From: Ostrea edulis
Taxonomy: Eukaryota
Length of the DNA stretch: 64,000 nucleotides
Assembly (NCBI RefSeq): GCF_947568905.1
Contig: NC_079166.1
Coordinates: 7,378,001 to 7,442,000, forward strand
Direction of reading: 5' to 3'
Each line of letters starts with the position of its first letter. The stretch's first letter is position 1. The notes under the pieces were generated by a model. The model was not told the DNA's origin and did not search any database. It was given only the letters and a program-made list of their open reading frames with translations. The position numbers and the translations under genes were made by a program. Positions 1 to 10,382 of the stretch are shown in pieces.

Positions 1-404
1 CACAAGATTTGAAGCAGCAAAAGAAAAGAATTACATATGTATAACACACAAAAAAGAAGAAATTAATTCTCACCTGGCTGATATGAACTTTTTACTCCTT
101 TTTAGCTTCCTTTCACTGCATACCAGCCAATAACTAGCAGTCATTATATGCAGATCAGCCATTGTTATCAACCTGTGTATATATATGTTGAATAAAATAT
201 GAATGAAAATTGTTGTTCTTTGTTATTCGTTTTAATAAATATATATACTCAATAGTATATTTCCTTACACAGTACTGAATCAAAGGGGTAGGAGAGCAAA
301 TATATAATATATAACCTGGCTCATGTTCAGCTGGTTCCATTCTTGTATACAAGTGGTTTGAGTGGAAATGTACATTTCTGATATACATGCAAAGTACCTT
401 GATT

Positions 405-498
405 GCACAGGCAATATGCATCACTTGTGTTCGAATTTACTATTAAAGAGTACTCTTTAATAGTAAATTCGACCCCAAGCGATGCATATTGCCTGTGC
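405..498. repeat. Loopless 94-bp palindrome flanked by TTGATT direct repeats
   Basis: Arms centred on AAAGAG-TA-CTCTTT pair at 44 of 47 positions; TTGATT at 399-404 and 499-504. Confidence 0.9.
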
Positions 499-664
499 TT
501 GATTGGTATTAAAAGTTGGAGAAAAGATCAATGTTCTTTGATATAATTCAAAATTTTTCAGTGAATGAACCATCGGTATGGAGCTTGAATAAATGATCAT
601 GCAAATTCTAGTATAGATCCGTAGGGATATATCATCTGGTGTTCTCATATATTATTTAATTGGC

Positions 665-666
<2 letters not shown>

Positions 667-729
<63 letters not shown>
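667..729. repeat. (AT)n microsatellite
   Basis: Pure AT dinucleotide run. Confidence 0.99.
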
Positions 730-731
<2 letters not shown>

Positions 732-1445
732 CCCCCTCACTCCCTTGTAAAATTGCTTCGTAATGTTTATGAGCCTGAACCATAAGTTCATAATTGAAAT
801 TCTCTATTTAATGTCACATGAACACCGTTGTAAAATACATACACTGCTCAGATGTGGATGAGGGTACAAGTATACCTATTCTTAAGATTGACAAGATTTT
901 GCACAGTCTATATTATATTTTTAAGAGTCAGTACAAACCTCTTGGTTTTCCTAAAAGTTAATATAAGCAAACTGGCTAGAACAATGATGTTTCTTTGTTG
1001 GTTCAGCTTTCACGGAATGTAATAATCGCACTCAGTTTCGGCTGCTCGTGGTTTTCTACACAAATGACGCCATCGTTTCCTCTGCATGAACGCTTTTTCC
1101 GGGTTTGGGAAAAGGTAAACTTTGACATCTTCCCAAGTAAATACATATCCCTTGCTATCCTTTATCTGATTTGCGACAGTTTGTGCCGCAAAATCTATAT
1201 TTTGTCAAAAACAATTTTGTTACCAGTGTAAACAAAATTAACCGGAAGTACCCCTGTGGAACATTTTGCTCATATCACGTGACCGGCGTGGCTAAATACG
1301 AAAAATCCCGGGTGTTCCGGAGGAACTCGAAACACGGCTATTTGTTTTTTATTTTAATTTCTTTACTAATTTTACGTTTTTAAGTCAAATTAAAATTTTG
1401 TTTTAGATTATCCATTCTATGCATTGGTTAATTTTTTTTTCAACA

Positions 1446-1670
1446 TTTATATACACCGTACATGTACTGAACAACCAGGCTTGGTATGGGGACACATAAC
1501 CTTTATATACACCGTACATGTACTGTACAACCAGGCTTGGTATGGGGACAAACAACCTTTATATACACCGTACATGTACTGTACAACCAGGCTTGGTATG
1601 GGGACAAACAACCTTTATATACACCGTACGTGTACTATACAACCAGGCTTGGTATGGGGACACATAACCT
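1446..1670 (+). repeat. Minisatellite, 4 x 56 bp
   Basis: Unit TTTATATACACCGTACATGTACTGTACAACCAGGCTTGGTATGGGGACAAACAACC starts at 1446, 1502, 1558 and 1614. Confidence 0.97.
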
Positions 1671-2390
1671 TGACAACTCTAGAGACGGAACCATGTTTTT
1701 TTCTGGAGAAAATATAATATTGAACGTTACGCATTTAAAGGACACTATATTCAATGAAAATAAAACTTCATGTAATAAAAAAGACAACACTGGTGTCTTC
1801 ATCAAAATTAGACATTGTGTTCCGTAGATGAATAGGTGCGTTATTAGGAGTTAGTTTTCGTTGAGTTGAGTTCAGTTATAAGGATTATTTTCACCTTTTA
1901 ACAAGTTATCCGATACCACTACTTCTGCAACAGTTTATTAAAAAATAGCAAACGGCGTACCAAGCGTAACCAGTCCCAAACCGAGTTACGTCGGATAACC
2001 CGATAAAAGTGAAACCAATCCTTAAATCTATATATACTACGATATGATAATCAGATGCATAAGCTCCATTTTTTTGTCCTTTAATACTGGTAAATCAAGA
2101 GATATTTGTCGTTTGCTTTTGATATAATAACCAGTGTGCCTTACTGTAATTTTCATATTTGAACTTGTTTTCTATCTATTACAAATAATTCATTAATTGG
2201 CAAAAATGACAAAACAATTCGTAATTTTAAAACGAGATAACTTGAATTTTATTATGAGAGGAGTGAATCACGATCGGAAGAAACCACACAAATCAAACCC
2301 ATGTTCGTTATCTTTGCCTTTCATATTCACTTTATAATGGATTCGGAGTAGGACATACAAATTAATTTCAGCCCCCGTTTTCCTTATATC

Positions 2391-2784
2391 AGTTTTTAAA
2401 TCGAGGTAAGCTACTGACAAACAAGTTGATGGTACAGGGATTTCAACAGTCTCGATTGAAGTCAGCATTTCGCAAATTCTATGGTCGTTATAACGATCTA
2501 GTTCGTCAATACAACCTCGCATTGGGTCAAATGCTGTCTGACGTGTTTCATGCCGATTGTTAAGCCGTTCTTGGCACACTGATTTGACTGCGAATAACTC
2601 CGTTTACCTGATCAGGATATGGGGCTCACGGCGGGTGTGACCGGTCAACAGGGGATGCTTACTCCTCCTAGGCACCTGATCCCACCTCTGGTGTGTCCAG
2701 GGGTCCGTGTTTGCCCAACTATCTATTTTGTATTGCTTGTAGGAGTTATGAGATTGATCACTGTTCGTTATCTTCACCTTGCAT
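2391..2784 (+). mobile_element. 5'-truncated Penelope-like (Naiad-type) retroelement: RT C-terminus plus 3' end
   Basis: Encodes FLNRGKLLTNKLMVQGFQQSRLKSAFRKFYGRYNDLV...DC*, matching the RT ORF at 63287-63925, followed by the dispersed GGGGATGCTTACTCCTCCTAGGCACCTGATCCC...TAGGAGTTATGAGATTGATC tail. Confidence 0.8.
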
Positions 2785-4375
2785 CTTGGTCATTGCCAGT
2801 TTGCAGTATGGGAGTCCTTTATATCTCGGTCACTACCAGTTTGCAGTATGGGAGTCCTTTTCCCTATCTGTACTCAAAACCGTAACACATTTTTTGGCTT
2901 TTTGATACATGCCTTTTTCACTCTTTATCCACCCCCTCTCTAAATTTTAAGGGAATGCGGGTACAAACCCTGTTGTCCCTGAGGTCCAATACTCCTATCT
3001 CTAATGAAATTGCAGATACGTGGAGTTCAATTAGAGAAAGGTATTGATACTTTGTTAGTTGTGCAAAACAAATTCAAAGTTTAATCCAATACGCAACTTC
3101 AGAGATATCAGCTCTTTTGTGATAGAGGTACGTTCAGTGTTCTGTTGAACGCTTGGGTGGGTACACGGTGTATACATATACTATAGACTAGCTATGTTAA
3201 TACGAATAAAAGTAATGAAAGTGTAAATTCTGTTTATATCAGCTGTTGGTATACATTAAATTGACCATATCAAGAATAATATTTGATTGAATTAGGCCAT
3301 TAAATTAAATATAAAATTATTTTTTATTTCCTCTTCTGCGCGAGTGATATTTTAATAAAAGAAAATGGTGATTATCGATTTTTGTTTGAGCTATTTTATT
3401 ATCAAATGCTAATAAACTTACTAATATTGTGTGTCCCTGCAGTTTGGGTGGTTGCATGATGTCTGATAATCAGCGTTTAGGCAATATATCATTGCAGCAA
3501 TAAGCATTTGTACCCATCGCGTGTGGACGACAGTATGTTTCGCGTCTCACTGTGCGTAAGAGTTCCACAAAGGGAAAGAACTATTGGGCAACTCGGAAAT
3601 TGCGTATTACATGGATTTATAAATCTATCAAACCTATCTTTAATTTTCCACTATTTGAACTCATCTGTAATTGAATTGGACATATATAATTTACTTGATG
3701 CAATTTGATGTTTAATGAATTTGAGATTACATAATTAAAATTACATGTATCTTTAAATGAACTGAATTCATTTTTAATTACTTTTAATTATCTCCAATTA
3801 TCTAAATATGAGTTTAAGTCATAAAAACAATGATCAAATATTACAAAATATAGAATATTTCTAAATTCGAAATTCTCAAATGTTTGACACACTAAATCAA
3901 ATTACGAAAATGTTGAATTCCATTTAAAATGGGTCTATTTCAATGAAGATTTGGTATATTTCTAATCTAACTAGATCAATTCATATCTACTCGTATTTAC
4001 CTATCTTTAATTCGTTTAGTGACATGTTCAATAATTAGAAGAGAGGCTTAATATCAAAGAATACCTTAATGAAATTTCACTACTGTTTCACTTACAATGT
4101 ATAGGAGGCCCTCTTATACGGAGTCATCACATTTATGCAGTATTCATTCCAAAACTGTTACTTTCGTATAAAACAACAATTACAACAAACAACAAACACC
4201 CATAATAATTTTCAATCAAGCCTTCAAAACTTCCAAATCCATTACATTGTTTCTACCTGTGTATGCACGGGTTTATGTGTTGTATTATGTGAAATTGTGC
4301 AGTCCATCCGATGTGGGAAAGTCGGTAACCGAAACCGTACTCTATGAAAAACATTGTCTTCTAACCAGGTATCTA

Positions 4376-4532
4376 CCGTAAGTGCCACATAACCAATGAA
4401 ATCGGCCGTTAAGTGCCACATAACCAATGAAATCGCCCGTTAGGTGCCACATAACCAATGAAATCGCCCGTTAAGTGCCACATAACCAATGAAATCGCTC
4501 ACAAAGTGCCACATAACCAATGAAATCGCCCG
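4376..4532 (+). repeat. Minisatellite, ~5 x 31 bp
   Basis: Unit AGTGCCACATAACCAATGAAATCGCCCGTTA at 4381, 4412, 4443, 4474 and 4505; no unique spacers. Confidence 0.97.
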
Positions 4533-4659
4533 CCTAGTGTACAGTGATACATGTAGGAGGAGAAGCAGTTAATGATGACTACGATATCCAAATACAGCAC
4601 TGTGTCGAAAACATGACATTTTCATTTATTAGATATATGTTTGCTAGTTTTGCAAAATA

Positions 4660-5700
4660 CTGACTTTAAACGAGCCTGTTGAAACCCCTGAACCATTAAC
4701 TTGTTTATCAGTAGCCTGTATCGATTTAAAAACTCTATGGTTTGCCCAACTAACTATTTTGTATTGCTTATTATTTGTCGAAATGCGCATCTGGTGCATC
4801 AAAATTGGTACCGTATAAGTTTTACATTATAGGAGTTATGAGATTGATCATTCTTCGTTATCTTCGCCTTTCATATGTTGAGTAATATGTCATCTAGCCC
4901 CAAGACCATACACTGAGAATAGACTTAAGTCAACATTTTGATTACTTATATCTTAAGATTTATCTAGGAGTTATGAGATTGATCACTTGCATTTAACCAT
5001 CGAGTTTGTATCTCTGCTGGTGGACAGTCTGTCCCCGAGGATACTTGTCGCTCGATATATGTTCCTTCATGAATATATAGGAGTTATGAGATTGATCACT
5101 GTTCGTTATCTTCACCTTGCATCTAGCACAGATGTTTAAAAAACAGGTTTATAAAAAAAGAAATCAAATGCAAACATACACTAAAAATTTTAGATGTTAA
5201 TGAAAATTCTTTCAAACGTTAGCTGGATTTGAGATTTAGACTTAAGATTATTATCAGTTTATGGTCTTGAGGCCTGAACTTTGATGAGCAGATCGATGAA
5301 TGCTCTATTCATAAAAGAAGGAAAGAAATCCGATACCTTGATTAACCGTTATCTTTAGTCATTGAAATAAACCATGTATGTGTAGTTTCCTATTTACAGA
5401 AGATATCCATATAAAACACATAAAAACACATAATATCACACGTGCAATTACATCGTTATAACGACTATAGAATTACGAAATGCTGGCTTTAAACGAGCCT
5501 GTTGAAACTCCTGTACCATCAACTTATTTCTCAATAGCCTGCTTCGATTTCACAACTGATCATACGAAGACGAAACTCATGCGTATTGAATCAGTTGAGA
5601 AACACCATATATATTTGAAGTTGACGATGGAGAAGCTGAAATCATCCCGTTTGTTATGAAGTTGAGTTGTTAGTTTCCCGTTAATATATATTTCTAATAA
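4660..5700. mobile_element. Patchwork of Penelope-like fragments in both orientations
   Basis: Minus-strand RT pieces at ~4670-4720, ~5490-5540 and ~5616-5690 (YDKRDDFSFSIVN region). Plus-strand 3'-tail pieces at 4741-4871, 4964-4990 and 5078-5123. A partial hammerhead-repeat piece at 4771-4827. Confidence 0.75.
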
Positions 5701-6175
5701 AATATCTTAGTATAAAGCAGAAGGGAACGACTCTGTGGTGTCTTTTATTTCGAGTTCACATGGATATATCTAATCGAAATATGAATGACAATTATTATTC
5801 TTAATTAATAGAGGTTTTGGTATAATATTTGCTTCATTATTCTTTTCTTCTAAGAGGAAACAAAATCCACCTATGGCCATTAGAATCCCTGATATATTTG
5901 GAGATTATATGGAATGTTGCTAAAAACGTAACGATATTTTTATTTTGATTCAAACGAATTCTCCTCAGATCCATATTGGACTCACCTGAGACTATTGCTG
6001 TTCTACGACGGGTGAATCTTTGACATTTGGGACTTTATAGATTTATCTGTAGAATATTGTGTCACTTTGCTCACAAGTGAGATTTATTTCCGTAGGACTG
6101 ACCATTACATTGAAAAAAGATTTGAAGATGATGATGGTAATAGAGAACATGTCATTTAATTCTTTAGTAAAATCA

Positions 6176-8713
6176 TCAACCGACTAATCCTCCTCCACCC
6201 ATAGCTAGTTCAATCCTGTCAAATAAATACATAAACAAATTATATCATTTTAAAAATTACTTTCAGGGTATATATGCATATTCATATGATCCAATATTCA
6301 CTCCATTTTTTATATGAAAAATATCTAGTGTATAATTAATTTCATAAAAGACCTTACTCTTTTTCACAGATAAAGCCATATTTCCGATCACAATAATCAT
6401 CGTTCCAGTGGTGGTTTAAATTCCCCGCTAACGTCAGGCAAGCTGCACCTGCACCATTGGCTGGTTCTCCAGGGGACCACCCTAAGAATGTCAATGGGCG
6501 CTGATTGCCAACCCATATCCAATTGCCATCTGAGAATGCATCCGTGGCGCCTAACCAGTATGTATCTGTTAATTAAACGTTTGTACTACAATTAAACGAT
6601 CCCGTTGACTCGTGTTATAAATACGTTTATTACTGGTTGTAATTGTCTAGTGGAAAAAGGCGCTTTCTTTACAACAGGAGGGGCCTATGTTCCATCACTA
6701 ACGGTGGAATAAAAATTAAGACAATCAAAATGGGTAGCACCTATTCCATCGCCAAGTAAATGACACGAGTCATCAGATGTCATTAAAGTTATATCTTTAA
6801 AAGAACCAAGGTCCTATGATACAGTAAGTATTTTGACGATGATGAACCCTCACTGCTCCAGCCTTGAGCACCATTATGATTTATCAGTTAATATTGTGTC
6901 ATTTCGACTGAATTTGGTGACTTATAATTATGAGTAGGATCAACATGAAATATTCTTGAGTGGGACATACAACAAACACATTCATATTTCCTACCGTGAT
7001 TTGTTCCTATGTGGTTTCGTAAGAAGTCATTTTCATCCTTTGTATCAACCTCCACCAGGAAAGAACTGAACCTCTCGCAGAATGCCTGTGTTGAACATGC
7101 AACTCTTTTAAATGCAATACCTAATTAAGGAATATATAATGGAAATAGTGTAAAAACGTGTGTTTGTGGTACGGCATGCGCCCCATTCATGACCAAGTCA
7201 ATTCTGGCAATACTTTGACAACTGCTACATGAATATGGGAAATAGACGGCGGAAAAGTTGAAGTTTTGAGAAAGAGAGGTCAAATTGCCAATAATGTACA
7301 ATTTCAACCACAATTCCGATATGAGCTAATTGCTTACCCCTGCTTCGATCCAGTCGGTTTTGATATCTTTAACAAATCCATAACACGAGCGCCCATGTAA
7401 GTACCATGAGTCAGGACATGGATTAAATGATGCCCCATGAACTGTTGCAGTGGCTGAAAGGACTAAAAAAGAATTCATGTCCTGAAGAGTGCAGACGTCT
7501 AAATTCCGGAATAATAACCTGACACAGAACTGCGAGTATTACACCTACAGTGTGTGTGTTATTTGGAAAACAAAATAAAAAGTTATTTCTAAATGTAATT
7601 GTGAAGATATAGAAAAGCTCGAAATGAAATATTGATTTACTATGCCACATGGGAAGCTTTGACCAATAGTTAACCGTAAATATAATTTGATATACTAATG
7701 CTCAAGAAATAAACTTCATTTTTCAAATATATCAGGGCATGAACTATGATGCTTCATGCCGGCGTACTCCATGAAAATTATGTTGGCGTGAAGCATTGCA
7801 GTTCATTCGCTTTTGCATGTTCAAAAGTAAAATTTGTTTCTTACATTTACATTTTACTTTCATTTTTATCAGCATGTCCAGCCGTGGAAATAGACAAATT
7901 GTTTTAGCTATATTTATAAGCGTTTTGTTTATAGGTACAGTGTATTAATAAAAAATGATTATCATTACAGTTTGTATTGAAAATGTGAGCATAAACAAGT
8001 GAAGATAAGGCAAATTGATCAATTTCATAAATCCTTAATTACATAGGGTCTATCTTTTATATTAAAAATGAAATCACAATATTTTGCAAGATGAACTCCA
8101 AAAAGCAGATGTATATTATTTATTATCAGTTATCTATAGCTGCAGCGCTTTGAAATTGAAGTGCTTTTGACGTTTTAGTCCTTTATAAAATGTTTGTCTG
8201 GAGGACAATATATTAAACCGGTACCTCGCTGATTCGTGGCTACACACAAGCATAAGAGATACGAAGTCAATAGGGTACCAGTTTAGGAAAATGTGAACAG
8301 GGAATTATTTTGCAATTAGTATTGTATCATATGTTTTTGTAAATATTCTGAAAAACTTTTTGTGATTTTCTTGTTATGATCTTTAATTTCACCACCTTTT
8401 TGGAACATGCAAAATTTTACCAATGTCTTAGACCCTAGGCCTTTAAAAGATACAAAATTAACACGGACACAACTGAGTATGTATTAGGTGCCCAGGAGAA
8501 GCAAGCTTACATGTATCATATCATATTAACAAGGATACCACAATATGATTTGTATGAGGTACGCGTGCTCTTTTGTCGTCGGTAAAACAGTAAGGACACA
8601 CACGGACCAATGTCGACCTCCAATAATTGTCTGTTGAACTTTATATCATATTTGCTTTCCTTAGAGCACCGTTGTAAAACATTCTTACCGAATAACGAAG
8701 TTACAATATCCAT
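6176..8713 (-). CDS. Secreted C-type lectin A (perlucin-like), 5 exons, 162 aa
   Basis: Exons 8713-8689, 7462-7338 (alternative acceptor 7453), 7085-6995, 6565-6358, 6215-6176; GT-AG throughout and phases consistent. Protein MDIVTSLFVLSATATVHGASFNPCPDSW...CYGF...YWLGATD...WSPGEPANGAGAACL...HWNDDYC...FICEKEIELAMGGGGLVG*: signal peptide, six Cys, WLG and WND motifs. Confidence 0.9.
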
Positions 8714-10164
8714 GGTGTTGAAAACTTGTGGTTGAATTCGCCTACTACTCAGCGATAGTACAACAGCCTTATCGTTCTAATTTTGACCTGAATTCACTGT
8801 TGTACGTGTAGCCAAAACATTCCATAGTGACCTGTAGATTAACAATAACTCTAATCAAAAATTCATAACATTGACAACGAATAAATGTAGTAAACGTAAA
8901 TAATTCCAATAAAGCTTTGATTTCTTATGAAACATGTAAGATGAATTTTGATATCATCATTATCCATATTGAACACTTTGATATTATAGGTACATACTCA
9001 GTGTTGTAAAAATTCCGATAGTTCATCACTTAGATTCATTGTGGATAAAATGTTGGTACTTTGACTTTTTCAGTGTTTGAGTAAACAATCTTTGAATAAA
9101 TTGAATACGTTTAATGATAGTTTTGATAACTTAATATCCTGAACTAATGGTTTCATAAATACTTCCCACAATACACAAATTAAAAACATCATTTTAGTCG
9201 AGACAAAATTTTCATATATATCGATATACCGTAGTAAAAACGTAGTCAATATATGTATCTATAATGGTAAATCATTTCATACTACATGTATAAGGACGAA
9301 TGGTAAAAACTTACTACGGTACAATAAATATAATTAATATCTAGAGTTACTTTTACTATGGATATAGTTTATTTAAATATTTTTGTTAGAAGATATCAAT
9401 TTATCAAGATTAGTAATGTAATCTTTTAGACATCGTGTTACGTGTACAGAGTGTACGGTTTTACAGATATAAACTCATCTGTCAATCGCTTTACATTAAA
9501 AGAGTTTGTGTACAATTAGTTGTCATTTAAGAAGTCTTCATAATAGTATGTCTTATGAGCCGGTTATGCTGTCTTTTTATGAAAACATTTCAATATTATG
9601 CGTCTTAATTATGGCGTCATAATGTACCCCAGTTTACTTTATTTTGCAATTATTGTAAAATATTTAATTTCTGATATTTTCATTGCATAACTGTTGTCTT
9701 GTACCTTGTACATAAATATTGTAATAAAAAATGCTACCGTTCTTGCACATTATATCCTACAAATATTATGTAAGCTTTTTCTGATGAAACCTTATGATCA
9801 TCGATTTGATCAAGCTTGTTTTCCCTGCAAGCTCCAAGATCCCATGGTCAGATTTGCTCTTCAAGATTGTTGAGATAATTTTAGAAATTATAAAGTTTCC
9901 ATACATAACCCATGTGCCTAATCTAATAAAATTAATGGCATTGTATTAATCAGAAGAGCTTTGTTGAAAAGCGTATAAATTCCCCATACCTTTATAAATA
10001 TACCAATTATCAGGCATTGTTCGTTCATTATCTGCCAAACATTTCGAAGAATATATGCACTTTGATATACATTTAGTGTTATAAACTGTATACCCATCCC
10101 CTTTTTTTACTTTAAAAAGGGGTTAAGAAAGACATCCATCTACGATTGATGATTTTAGAAAATG

Positions 10165-10281
10165 TAGGGGATGCTTACTCCTCCTTGGCACCTGATCCCA
10201 CCTTTGGTATATCCATGATCCGTGTTGGCCCAACTCTCTATTTTGTATTCCTTATGGGAGTTATGAGATTGATCACTGTTC
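10165..10281 (+). mobile_element. Naiad-type 3'-end fragment downstream of MTase1
   Basis: GGGGATGCTTACTCCTCC...GATTGATCACTG; shared with the duplicate at ~61193-61322, so it predates the duplication. Confidence 0.8.
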
Positions 10282-10382
10282 ATTTGTAATTTCTCTAATA
10301 AATTGCAAACATCAAAGCAGAAAAATTATAAATCAACATGGCTTTTAAACTTTGAAAGCACCTTACAAGTTACAAATACATG

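Noticed and set aside
1424-1827. ORFs of 97-134 aa here and at 51309-51713
   Set aside because: They are translations of the 56-bp minisatellite with repeating peptide; no gene features.
2268-2579. 103-aa minus-strand ORF (also 52154-52465) and the recurring 'GVMRLITVRYLHL' ORFs
   Set aside because: Antisense or off-frame readings of the Naiad-type repeat.
2625-2730. HDV-like ribozyme in the Naiad 3' end
   Set aside because: A similar nested pairing order is possible, but there is no room for P4/J4/2 with a catalytic C between the candidate P1 and P2 3' strands; kept only as an unassigned structured RNA.
4376-4532. 31-bp repeats as a CRISPR array
   Set aside because: Units are contiguous with no unique spacers, there are no cas genes, and the context is eukaryotic.
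7476-7650. Alternative lectin A starts (ATG at 7478, ORF from 7650)
   Set aside because: The exon at 8713-8689 has a strong phase-1 donor, gives a better signal peptide and matches the structure of lectin B. The 7478 ATG cannot be excluded as a minor start.
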